Below the pieces are notes generated by a model. It was not told the DNA's origin. It worked only from the letters and a program-made list of their open reading frames with translations, and searched no databases. Shown in pieces: positions 1 through 12,200 of a stretch of DNA of 64,000 nt; the stretch's first letter is position 1, and each line of letters opens with the position of its first letter. The position numbers and the translations under genes are program-made. The stretch comes from Raillietiella orientalis (lineage: Eukaryota), in assembly GCA_036172245.1 (NCBI GenBank), contig JAYWIR010000012.1:1984001-2048000 (forward strand). The letters are read 5' to 3'.

Positions 1-1829
1 GATGCCACCACCGTCATCTGATGGTTCCCATGAGCAGCAGCAGCGCTGCTCGGGACCGAAGGCTGCCGCCATCTCGCCGTCCGGGGAAAGGTTCCCGGGA
101 AGGGAGGCTGGGCGTCAGCGGCTGGTGGGAGTCGGCGAAAAGGGGTCACGGATGAGGTCACGCCCCACTCCCCCTTCCCGACGCCTAGCTACGACCTTCT
201 CCCCCTCCCCTCGGAAGGGAGTTTCGGAAAGAACGTGGAAACGCTCACGGGGACGACCGCAGCCCTCATGAGGGCGGAGCCCGCGAGAGAGGGCGCCACG
301 CGGGAAGCGGGCGTTCCCTGCCAGCACCCCTCTCCCGTTCCGGGAGTGCCGGAGGAGAAGAAGGCGGAAGGAAAGTTTGCGGAAGCCTCCCTGAGCGGGG
401 AGTCATCGGGTGCTCGCTGCTGGCTGCGGGGGGAGGTCGCGGACTCCTGGCAACGAGGATCGCTAGTTGCACCGTTCCTGCAGCTCTGTTACCCTTGGAT
501 ACGCAGCGGATGGTGCATGACGAGGCGCCATCTCCGAGATGCCCTGCCTTCGTGGTGGGCATTCCTCTTCCACTGCCTCACCACCAACATCGGCGTCAAC
601 GCTGCCTCCATGGGTCGCACGCGAAGGTCCACCCACCCATCCACGCCTCAATGCCAGGAGGCGCTCAGTCCGCATCGCTCGCCCTCCAAGGACCGGGAAG
701 ATCTCCCCGAAGGGGCGCGCTGCTCGCTGGGGCGGACGGACTGGCGCCTCCGCTTTGTCCCTCTTTCTCCCACGGGCTCTCTGCTCCGTGGGTCGCCTCT
801 GGGCGTCCGTCCGTCTTCGCCTTTTGCTGCTGTGCCTACCGAGAGCGTCGGCGCCAGATTTTTCGCGCCGCTCCCCGAGGGAGCGAAGGCGTGCCTGTCT
901 CCTGCAAGAACTCCTGCCGCCGCCTCCTCCCGTGCCGCGGAGGTCCTCCGATCGCGCCCCTCTGTGCACCATCCTCAATCACTCGGTCGTGGAAGATGAT
1001 TTATCCGTCTGCCCTGACTTTATTGCCTCCATCCATCCCCTAATGAATGCCGCATTCTCAGGGGATAATAAAGGAATAGGCGCCGGAACCCCGACTATTA
1101 TGGCAAATCCAATATTCCTCCAGGAGACGGTGGCGACTTCCCAACGCCCCACTGGGTGGAAATGAATGGCTCGTGCCCCCTTCCCCCCTCCCTTCCCTAC
1201 GAGAAAGGATTAGCCTTCGTGCTGCATTCGAGTGCCCCTCCCCCTCCCTTTTTCTTCCCCTCCCACCTCGTCCAAGTCACCCCAAAGACTTTGCGCCCTT
1301 CGGGAACGCGGGGAGATGAGGCGCCCACGTTCTCGACTGGAGCTCTTCAGCGAGCCGACTTCCCTCCCTCCCTCAAGGCCGCGCTCAGCGGCTGAGCCGA
1401 GATTCCCCGGGCAAAGTACGTTCACCGGGGGCGGCTATCCCCCGGAGTGATGGAGAAGGAGGGTCCTCGCTTCATGTCAGGAGGGGGGTGGACTTCGCTT
1501 CGTTTACCGCTGACGCGTGGGCTCCCTCCCTCCCCCACCGAGGCGCCGCTGACGCGTGGGCCCGAGGGAGCGGCGTGTCCCGACGTCAAGTTCGACGCCA
1601 TCTTCGATTATCACCCGGGTGCTCCGGAGCGTTTATTTCATAAAGAAAATAAAATAAACATTTACATTTTCTGTGGTTGGACTAGTGGTCCAACCACCTC
1701 CTTTTTAGTCTAATCAGCCGCATTGACATCCGGTGAGGTCCGCCACGGCAGCAGAGGGGAGAGGACAAACAAAGAAAAAAAAATGCAAAAAATAAATAAA
1801 TAAATAAACTTTGGGAGGGGATGCAGGAA

Positions 1830-2600
1830 GGAACCACGTTTTACTGGAGGCGGTCCTCTGTATCCTTTGGAGGATGCCGGCAAGGTCTTGCCGGGTGTTT
1901 TCCAGTTGGGGCTATCTCATTGCAGTCATCATGGAGCGGACAACGAAGTGGATATGGCACTCCTGTCGCTGTTCCCTTCTCTGGCGTCCTCCAGACGGCA
2001 ACGATCCCGCGTAGGCAGAAGAGAGCTGCTGGCTAAGCTGCCGGCCGAAGGGCGTCGCGTAGCTGAAGGGGTTTCAAAGCCTCCCTGGAGCTGCTGCCGG
2101 GCGTTCTTGAAAGCAGGTGCGGGATGGTGCTCCAACTAACACAGTTCGGGTTTACCCTCCATCCCTCCTCCCATGTCCAGTGGTGCTGGAGAGCGTTGCA
2201 CGGTAGACCCCAGTGCAATAGCATCAGAACCGATCTCTGCCACTTTAGTGGGATAGTGTGCCTATCCAGAAGAACTCGGAACCACTGCAGCTCTTCCTAA
2301 GGAATTTCCATTAGCTCGCCCAGAGCAAAAGTCTACAAGACGGGGGCACCAGGGTCGCAGCGTCCGTTAGCTGATCCGTCGTCCATCTCACCCAGTCCTC
2401 TTCTCCTGGCGGAGATTTCCATCAAGACCTCCCATCTAGCTGCAAGGCTGCTGCCCATGTGCTCTCTCAGGGAGGGTCGCGCTGCAATGAGGGAGGTTAT
2501 TCCTGCCCACTCACTTCTTCCAGGGTCTCCGAAGATCTCTTGGAGCTTGCAGTTGTTGTAGGGTCCTTGCAAGAAACGTTGCGCCTGTTCCGAGCATTGC
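1830..2600 (-). mobile_element. Highly degraded R2-group (RLE) non-LTR retrotransposon 3' remnant
   Basis: Motif-like pieces in the expected order across shifted minus frames: ISARRRGLG (RT thumb GGLG-like), SEFFWI...SGRD, DAIAL/GLP, NCVSWSTIPHLLS (zinc-knuckle ETLxHIL-like). Many stops and frameshifts. Confidence 0.4.
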
Positions 2601-3770
2601 TCCTAGCTCCTCGCCCACGTGCAAATGGTTTCCCGTAACATCTTCGCGGGAAAGGGTGAAAGAGAGAGGAAGAACATTCCTCCGGCTATCCCCTTGCCCG
2701 GCCCTGCGATCGATCCCGCCCTCCTCCCTCCTCTCCGCTTCCAAATGCCCCTGCAGCGACCCGGCTCCTTCCACGAAGGATCTCCTGGGATGCTCCCCTC
2801 GAGACCCATCCCTCCCCACGAGGATCCCCGAAGGCGACGCAGGGTCCACCCCAGGGGCCGTTGTGCTCGGTGGCGTCGTCAGACGACGAAAGAGACAGCC
2901 CGAGCCTTCCGGCTGCTGGTGCGCGTGGTGGAGGGGAGCCAGGAGCCCACACCGGGCGCCCGGACGGAGGGACGGTCAAGGCGGCGCAGTGAGTGCCGGA
3001 GGACGATGCGGGTCCAAGACATATTATCTTCATCGAAGAATTCCTTTATTTAAGGTACATTACTGTTGTTGGATGTGTGGTTTGTGGCTATCTGGTGGTG
3101 CGCGCTTCCCGCCGAGGTGCTCATTAGGCCGAAGGGAGTCGCCTCCCTCTTGTGCCTGCGCGCGGCGCCCCGACGCCAAGAGACGCCCTTCCTCTCGGGT
3201 CGCGGGCGCCTCCTCCTGCGTCAGGCAGCACCCGCCTACCAGGCATTTTTTGTCACCCATCAGCGGCAGAGACCTTCCTCGGTTCCGCCTTCAGAGTTCA
3301 CGAGCGTCGCTCTCTTCTGCGTTCACTCGCACCCCTTTCTGGATGCGGATGCGACCGCGAAAGCGTAGACAACACCATGGAACATCTTAAAGTGAGAAGT
3401 CCCCAAAGAGGAGGAAGTTGGCGGCGTGGTCGAGTGGTCCGTCCGACTCTTCTCGAACGGGCGTGTGGAGATGGTTTTTCCTCTCCTCTCCCTGCTGGCA
3501 AGGGACTCCTCCCGAGAGCTTCCACCCGGACGGGAGTCGAAAGGACGCTCCTCGAACGGGACGTCTCGAAAGCTGCTCGGCCTCCTCCTAACTGCGGAAG
3601 TGCGCTCATCCCTCTCCCTCCTCTGGGCCTTCAGCCGATTGCTCTGGTGCCAGACAACTGCATCCACCGGTCCGCATCCCGTCGGCCACGGCTGCCTTGA
3701 ATAAGCGATGGCGATTCATCTCGCGGACGTGCCTGCTGTGAAGGAGGAAGCCCCACCCCTTAGAGTATGT

Positions 3771-3905
3771 AGGAGGAGGAGGAGAAGGAAGAAGAAGAAA
3801 GGTAGAAGAGAGGAAAGGAAAGAGACTGGAGGAGGAGGAGGAGGAAGGAAGGGAAAAGGAAGAAAGGAAGGAAGATGGAAGGGAAGAAGGGAAGGGAGAA
3901 GGGGG
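3771..3905 (+). repeat. Polypurine (GGA/GAA/GGAA) low-complexity tract
   Basis: About 135 nt made almost entirely of A and G (aggaggaggaggagaaggaagaagaagaa...). Confidence 0.9.
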
Positions 3906-4974
3906 ATGCATTCCTCGTTGGAGCATAGATGGAAAGTAGAGAGCGCCTTGCATGGAGGTAGGTTCGGTCCGACTGCTAATCTCTTGACTCGTATGACAGC
4001 GACCGGTAGAAAGCTTCCGCGCCCGTTCCCCGAGTCCAATATCGTTCGTTGCGCCGTAAAGCCGCAGCGCGTCTCGTCCAGGGGGATCCGAGCGGCGGCG
4101 TTCGAGCCGGACGGCAACGGGCTATCGTCTCGGGAAAAGCGGCGCGCACACGACGCGGTCCCGTGCTCCGAGAACCGTCGCCCTCCTTCCTGGAGTCACT
4201 TTCTCTCCGACTGGAAGAGCAAGCAGCAGCAGTCAGCTGATCAGGGCAACGCGATAGTGAGTGCTCCGGAAAAGCGTAGTCATCCTCGCTGCTGCTCTCC
4301 CATCTTCCTGTGGGGTATCGCTCTTTCACTCTTTCTGCCCGAGGTCACGCCTTAAATAAAGACGAGACGCGAGCTTTTCGTGTTTACTTCATTTATTTTC
4401 TTTTATTAAGGAAAAAAAAAACCGAGAAAAAATTTAAAAAAAAAAAAAAAACTAATGCCGTATAGCTGACGTCACAAGTCTTCTCATTGGCAATTGGTGG
4501 AGTGTCTTGTCTTCCTGGGTTTTGCACATGCGAAATGCTGACGACGAAAGGCCAGTACGCTCCAGAAGGTTCGTACCCGTGCGGAGAGCTTAGTCGGACG
4601 ACTTCGTCCGCGCTCCTCAGGGATACCTTCGCGTCGCTGGTAGAAGAACTTCCTGGTCGGAAGGTCAAGAGGGGGAAGCAGTCTCAGAGTCTTCAGGCCG
4701 CTCCTGACTGGAGGCTCTCCGGCGGTCCACCACGCCTGGCAAAGCGGAAGTAGCCGGTTTCCAGTGGTCGCTCGGCAGATGCCCCTTAGCCTTGGATGCT
4801 GTGAGTTGGAGCATCTCTACGTTCTTGGGCTTGGTGAAGCACGGAGGGAAGTCGCGCAAAACTCTGGCTCCACTCTCGGCTGCATTTGCAGAGAGGGGGA
4901 GAAGGAGGAGGATGACTTCTCCTCCATCCCCTCCCTTCTTCTTCCCTTCGTACCTTCCTCATCTCTTTCTTCCT

Positions 4975-5275
4975 GCTAGCAACAACCCACGTTCCAGCAG
5001 CGGTAACAATGCTGCTAGCAGAAGATTGAGAAGATAATTATAACGTTCAACAATAAGGTGATGTCAACAATAAGGCAGTAACACTAACAATGAGGAAACG
5101 CTAACAATGCTAACGACGAGAACGTGATGCTAAAAATAGAGAGCAGCGCTGATGGCATTGTTGCTAGCAGTAGGAAGGCCACAACAATCAGATGATGATG
5201 GAATTGGCAGTAAATTGTTGATGATCAAATAACAGTAAGATATAATGATGACAACAATACAGGACAAACAATTTT
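4975..5275 (+). repeat. Degenerate AAC/AAT/GCT-rich simple repeat
   Basis: Recurrent aacaatg, aacaataagg and tgctagca units forming an AT-richer island inside the GC block. Confidence 0.65.
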
Positions 5276-6078
5276 GGAACAGCAAAATTGGGAAGATGAA
5301 ATGCCGACAACAGCGAAGAGAGAACGGAACCCGAAAAAGGGTAAAGGCGCCTCTGATCGCCGTGACGAAGGCGGCAGTACGAGCAGCAACCTGGGCTAGC
5401 GGCGAGGGAGGAGGAGATAGCACGCTGCGTCCCACCGCCCGTCTCCAGGGAAGGGAGGGGGCGCGCCCCCGCCCTCGTGCGGAGCAAAGCTCCCTCCTTG
5501 CGTCTCCAGTCGATGCCCTCCTGATTGCTAAAGAGTCCCCCCTATGCTGCTTTGGAACTCTCCCTGACTCCCGAGACTCCACCTGGGGAAGCGCACGCTT
5601 GAGACCGCGGGAAGGGGCACTCCCAGAGGGAATTTCAGGAAAGCTCCATTCTTACTCCTGGCCTTCTCCTTCCTTCCATCCCTCTCCCGTTTTCGAAACC
5701 CGCTCTCGGAAGACTCCTTATCACTCCCCTCCGCCTCCTCTTCCTTCTCCCGCATCGGAGAGCAACCTCTGCAGCGGGCGTTCCCTTAGGAACAGGGAGA
5801 TTCTCTTCCCCCCGCTACGGTCTTCCTCCTTTCCTCCCTCCCTCTCCATCCATCCTGGAAAGGAAGCGGGGAGAGAGGTCAACCCCGCTCACTGGATGGA
5901 ACAGGAGGAGCCTGGAGGCAAAGAAAGCTAGGAAGGGAGGTGGGTGACGGCATGGGAGCCACAGCCGCGCCCTTCCCAAGCCCTTCCCCTTGTTTAGGTC
6001 CGGCGATCCCAGCTCGGACGCCCGTTGCCACCCTCCAGGCTCATCATCGAGGATCCCTCCCAATGGTCAAGGCTCGCC

Positions 6079-6084
6079 TTTATT
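6079..6084 (-). promoter_or_regulatory. Putative polyadenylation signal of the serine protease gene
   Basis: AATAAA on the minus strand (TTTATT on plus) about 120 nt downstream of the stop codon, in otherwise very GC-rich DNA. Confidence 0.5.
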
Positions 6085-6206
6085 CCGACCGCTTCCCCTG
6101 TGGGAGGGGAGAGGACGCGGGAACATACAGCGACGGAGAGAGGGATGGGAAGGGAGTGGGAGACGAGTTCTCTCGGTCGGTCCTGACCTCCAGAGAGGGT
6201 CCAGTC

Positions 6207-9200
6207 CTACAGGACGCGACCGGTGACCTTCTGGATCCATTTGATGTACGCGGGCACGTAGCTCTGCACGGAGGGGAAGCCCAGGGGACATTCTCCGCCC
6301 ACCTTCAAGCTGAAGGATACCACCCCGATCTGGTAGTACCTGTTCGTCAGGAGGTCCCTCATGACCACCGGACCGCCGCTGTCGCCCTGGAAACGCACAT
6401 ACATGCTCGGCATAAGCATAAGAGGGGCCCGGGAACCCATTTGGTCTCCTCCCGGAACCTTCCCTCAGACGTACGGAAGGTTGGCGCCTCCAATCCTCTT
6501 CTCCCTCCCCACTCTTTCCGAGTCCGAACTATGCGGGAATCTACTCCGGTCGCCCTCCTGCCCGATGCCTGAAAAGGCCTTCCGTGGGAATAGGGAGGCA
6601 TCGGGAGCGCTAAGGCTTCTGCCTTAGCGCTCCCGGAACGCCGTGGTCGCAGAGGCGCGGGGAGGCAGCTCCAAGGGGAACACGCTGCTGGATGGATACC
6701 TCCATCTCCCTCCCCTCTGCTCCCTGGCCATGGGGATTACGAAATACCTTTGCGCGTGTGCTGGCAAGAGCGTGGGAGCTCTCCGAGCTCCCGAAGGCGA
6801 ACTCGTGGGTCCTCGCGTTCAAAGACGCTGGGGCCGCGGTTCTTCTCTCAATCCTTCGTTGGGCCGTTGCCTCCGGCCGTCCCCACCACGAGGTGCCACT
6901 GCTCCCCTGGGAAAGGTCCTCCTGAAGTCCGGCCAGCGGGGAGGCCGAGGGGCCGCAGGCTGCCTCCTTGCCCTGCGCTCTCTGCTGTCCGAGCCCGCTG
7001 GAAGCGGCTTCGCTCCCTGACGAAGGACCCAAGGCGGCCTTGGAACGTCTTCCGCATCCGACGAGCGAAGGGAGGCTTCTGTCAGGATCACCACGCGCTG
7101 CCGAAGCGGAGACGCTGCGATTCCCATTGCGGGCGGGTCGCGTCGCTGGCGCTGTCTTCCCCCCCCCGGAACCCTTCCCGACCCACCCAGCCTCAGGGAG
7201 CTGCGGCAGCATTTCTCGCAGCGGCTGCGTTCGTGGGAGCTTCTCCGACGACCGTGCCACCGCACTTGCGCCGGTCGGCATGGAAACCTCCCGGGCTGCT
7301 GCTGCTCCCTTTCCTCTGCAGGAGACTCCCCCTCTCCCTTTCTCCCCCCGCTGACGCCTCAGATCCTCGCTCGAGGAATCGCACCGCACTTGCCGAAAGA
7401 AAGAGGGGCCCCAGAACCCACGGAAAGGCGGATGCTCTCCGCAGCCGCTTTTCCCGACGAAGAGTGTTTTTCCTGAGAACTCCCGAGTCCCGGATCGTGC
7501 AAGCGCGCCAAGAAGCGGCGGAAGGCGACTCCTCGAGACCCTCCCCCGAATGCCTGATCCCTGAAACACCCTGTCGCCTTCTTTTTCACCCGTTAGGCAT
7601 CCGAGGACTCGCGTTCCTGAGGGACGCCCTCTCCGAAGGACGGTGCGGTCACCCCTCGGAGGCGAGGAAACCGCCAGCAGGGGGAGACGAGCGCGTCCCT
7701 TGCGGCGGTCTCCAAGGAAACCGACTGCCCTCCCTCCCCCTCGCTCCCTTCTTGTTTTTCGTCCCGTTTCGGCGTCCCCTCGTTCGGGCTGGTGCTTCCC
7801 GCGCTCAAGAGTGGACAATTTTCTTCGCATGGGCGCGACCGTCTCCCGGGAAATGCTGGAGCGCGCGACGACCGCGGGTTTGAGGCCCTGACGACCCCTG
7901 TCGCTGATGTGCTCGGCTACTGGAAGCGCAGGAGCATTCGACTTGCGGACACCACGCAGACGAGCGTCCGACCCAGCGGGGAGAGGTTGCCTGGGAGTGG
8001 ACCGAGCTCAGTCACCCTGGTAATACTGCAGAAAGGAATGAAAGCCGAGCACCGCGTCGGGATCGCTATAGAGCCGGGAGCAGGATCAGGAGAGCAGGTT
8101 CCAGGGCCAAGAAAGGGAAGGACATCGGAATGGAATTGCTGGGTTGGCGGACGAATCCCGGAGGGCAGGCGTGTTCCTCGGGGGTAGGCGTGCTCAGGGG
8201 TGCCCTCAGGTGCGAGGCCGGTCCTGCGCGCGCGCGCGCGACTTGGGAGCGCCCCCGTTGACAAGCGAAGAAGGGGTGGACGTGCGGAAGGTTGAGTGGT
8301 TCCAGGCATGGCCGCATCAGCCCTGTCTCTTTCCCCTGACCCCGCGGCCTGCCGATTCCGTCGCGGAAGGGACAGAGGGGTGGTGGACAGTGGGGGCAAC
8401 CCCACGCAAGCCGGGGGTGGGTGGTCACCTTGCACTGCCTGCCGTCGAACGCGGAGGTGCACATCATGGAGCTGGTGATCCTCTCCTTGTAAAACCTCTG
8501 GCAGAGACGTCGGTCGATCATCTCGGCAGAAGTCTGAAACGCACTCCCATGAGCTGAGCGGCGACGGCGCACGCGGGCCCTCCGGGGACGCCGGCCCGCT
8601 TGGCAGGCGCCGCCGAAGAAAGTGGTCCCTCCTTTCCGAGGGACCGCGCAGCCCGAGGACTTCCAGACTGCTACAGCGACCACCCTCCGCCCTGCACCTC
8701 ATCTCGCGCTCGGCTTCGCCCTCCTTTCGGGAGCATGCGGACGACCGGCGTGCTCTTCCATTCCCTCCCCTGGCGTTCGGCAAGAAAAGTGCAGCGGAAG
8801 GATCCTCCGTCCCTGGAACGCCTCTGGCAGGGATCACCCCAACCAGCCGCTCGTCGGCGTCCTGGGCGAGGTCGCAGCCACCGGCTCCTCTCCCGCCTGT
8901 CCCGCGTGGCCTGACCAGAGTCGGCAGGTCGGGAACGAAACAGGCTGTGTCTCTCTCCCCTTCCCCTGCTTGGGAACGCCACGGGGAACTCCCGGGACCT
9001 CACAAAGGATCGTGAGGCGATCTTCTCCAGGATTAGGACAGTCCCCTAACATCAAGGCGAAGTCCCACCTCGACCCCTAGAGGCTCACATTTGATGATTG
9101 TTCTGTGGGCAAGAGAGCATCCCTCGGCATCCGAGGAACCTGCGGAGGGACGGCTCTTCCCTTCTCCTCCTCTCTCCCCCTTCCCCAAGCGAGATCTGCA

Positions 9201-12200
9201 CGGAGGCTGGGTTCTCAAAGTGGCCAGGATAGAGTCTCCGTCTCGCTTCTCCCTCCCCGGAAGGGCAATCGACCCGATCGAAGCAGGGCCGAAGGACGAG
9301 CGATGCACCTCCGAGGACACGCCTCGCGGCGCACGACCCGCACGTAATGCCCGGCAGTTCGTGATCCCAGGAGGCCGAATTCAGGCAAGCAGCTTCCAAA
9401 GGAGGAGCCACCGCGTCCTTCAGAGGAAAACCCTCGCTCTGGGCGACGCATGCGCTACTCGGAAGCGTCTGAATGATCTCTCCGTGCGTCAAGAGATCTG
9501 GACCAATCTCGTGCGTGAGAAGGAGCGGATCAGATGAAGGGGGAAAGGAGGAGGAGGAAGAGAAGGAAGGGAACGAGCGTCTTTCCTCTCCCTCCTCCCT
9601 GGATATGCACATCTCGTCCTTAACATTCCCAGACAGCGCGACGCTCTCCGCAAGATGTCAGACAAAAGCGCTCCCTCCCCCCCCCATCCGAAGAAGCGCC
9701 CTGGTCTTCGAGCCTCCAGCAGCCTCGTTTTGTTTCCCTCCCCGGGACCATCTGACCATTCTGCCATCTCGCGACCACCATCTGGCCTTACGCTCACCAC
9801 CACCTCCGCCCTCCCATCTGCGGGCTACAAGCAGTTTACGGTGGCAGGTGGACCCGCAGCACATCCAAGGTCAAGTCCCTCCCAGGGATTTTTTCCTTCT
9901 TCCCTCTCACCCGTGTCGAACCGCGCCAAGATGTCCGTGGTGAAGAGGGTGCGGGGGTTAGCGAGGAGGTGTAGGTGACCGCAGTGACCTCACCTTCACC
10001 GCCATCGCGGTCTCCGTCCCGCGAACTCCTTCTAGCTAGCGCGTGAGCGGTCGCCTCTCCCTTGCCTCTCTGTGCAGCATCCGACCCGACTCCTTCCTTC
10101 AAGCATCCCCTCCGAAAGGAAAGAGCTCCCTCTTTGGCTGCCGTAGCACGCCACCCTGCATCCTTGGAGGCGACGCCGCCGTGCGTTTCGAGGCGCCGGA
10201 CGGCTGACGGTTTCATCGGTCAGTTAGTCGTGTTTTCGTCCGCACCTCCCTCCCCCTGTTGTTCCTCCTAGTTTCAGGGAGGAACTCCGGGAAGCGGGGG
10301 GCAGCTGCAGGAAGGAGAGAGGGCAGCTGCGCCCGTCCGTAGCTCGGTCACCGCCCCACCTCCCTCCTCGTCCTCCCCAAACCTCCGAGCGACCGCATGG
10401 GAGCTTCTTTCCCCCTCACTTTGGCCTCGACTACGGCCCCTGTTGCCACGTCTGGGAGTGGAGGACCCACACGTGCCCCATTGCCAGCTGGGGTGTCCCT
10501 GCGGGGAGGAGGGAAGGTGCCGCGCCAACCTAGCTTGGCAGACCCGGCGGGTGGCCACCATCCCTCCATCCCCGAAAGGCAGCGCTCCCCTTCCTGCGCG
10601 CTCAGAGCGCCCTTGTCGCGAAGTGGCACCCTCTCTTCGCCTCTCCTCCTCCCAGTCCTTCCTGGAGGGACCAAAAACCGTCCCCGACTTGTTTTCTCGA
10701 GCGGGAAGATGGAGGGGGAGTATTCGGGATGATCGATGGGGGTGCCATCGTCGCTCATGCCAGCGATTCCGCTTCATTTGGCGCTACTGGGAGGGGGAAA
10801 TTTGGCGCGCGCATTTCTCCCCGGACGATCAGCCAGGAGGAGGAAGAAAGTCGAGGACTCTTCGATCGTGAGCGGCGGGGACTAGCGGCGGGAGTCGCTC
10901 TGACAGCAGACAGCAGACGAACCTCTCCCGAAGCAGGCGCAGAATCTACCCGGGGAAACGCAGAGGGAAAGGGCGTGCTCCTCGCACCCTCTCTCCTCAA
11001 CCGCCTCCCCCGCCCGAGAGCCCAAAAAGCAGCCACCGCGCTGTGCGCTTCCCTGACCGAAAGGAGCGGTGGGGAGATGCGGCGGGGCGGGTGGGCACTT
11101 CCACAGCCCCCCTTCTTCCAAGTCCGAATGGACCTTCGGCACGCCCGTTCAGCGGATTCCGCCAGTCCGGGTGCCAGAGGGAGACCTTCAGGAGAAGGCG
11201 CGCGTGCACACCCTGGGTTCAAGGATTCGGGTTATCTCCCAATTCTCTGGGAGAAGCAAAGGAACAGGAGACAGGAAGAGGAGGGGGAAGGGAGGACGAG
11301 GAGGAAGGAAGGTGGCAGGGAACGAAGAGGAAGTCTCCCGCTTTCCACTCGCATGCAAGGCATGTCAATTCTGGATGAGGTGGAGGAGCCTCACCAGAGC
11401 AAAAAGCTATTCCTGCGACCTCGGACTCCTTTGGGGTGCCTCAGTCGCTGCGTGGAGGCGTCCCGCTTCCTCCTGCTCCTGCCGGAGAAACGGGTCGAGT
11501 GAATCGATCGATTGTCCGCAGACGCCCACAACTTATGTCGTGGATCCAGCAATCCCGTTCACGGAAGGAACCCTATCTCCAGGGAAAAACATCAGGAGAT
11601 GGATAGGAGTCCCTCCAGAGCAGGGACGAAGTCACTACGTGGGATGCATTGGTCCCGGATGCGATCCCGGACGGGAGCACCTTCACTCGGACGTAAATCC
11701 TATCGGAAAGGAGAGTGCGGCGGCTGCCGAGGGGACCCTCCGTGTCCGTGGAGAATTTCTCCTCGCGTGTGTCCCCCGGAGGGAGGTGGCTGCGTTGGGA
11801 GCGGACGCGGTGGCTGGGAGGTGGAGGTGGTCTGGCGTGCCTCTTTTTTTACAGGAAGCAGGGACGAGTGGCGTCCTGAAGAGGGCGAGGAGAGGCAGAC
11901 GGCCGTACGAGGGAGGCTACGTCGAACGAACCCGGCTCGATCTTTTTCCTCCTCCTCCTCCCATCCCTTTCAGGCAGAGGTCTCCGAGTAGATGCCCTCG
12001 GGCGCCAATCAGAGCTAGGGGTGGGGGGAATTGTCTTCAGCGTAAAGGTGCCCCTTGGGGATCCTTTGACGTGGCTGCCCTGATGTGGCGGTCCCGCCGC
12101 GAGCTCGCTCGCTCGTGGTGCCCCCACTGGCGCGGCTTTCGCAGAGCCAGGTGGATCCGGGACGCGCTGTGCGATGCGGCCGGATGCTGCGCCAACGATG

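Noticed and set aside
1320..1352. Hammerhead-like core on the minus strand (CTGAAGA...GAAA)
   Set aside because: Stem II does not close and no stem I/III or cleavage triplet is apparent.
4700..4890. GYFRFARRG (papain-like) and PKNVEML (hAT-like) on the minus strand
   Set aside because: Isolated short matches in different frames with no supporting motifs.
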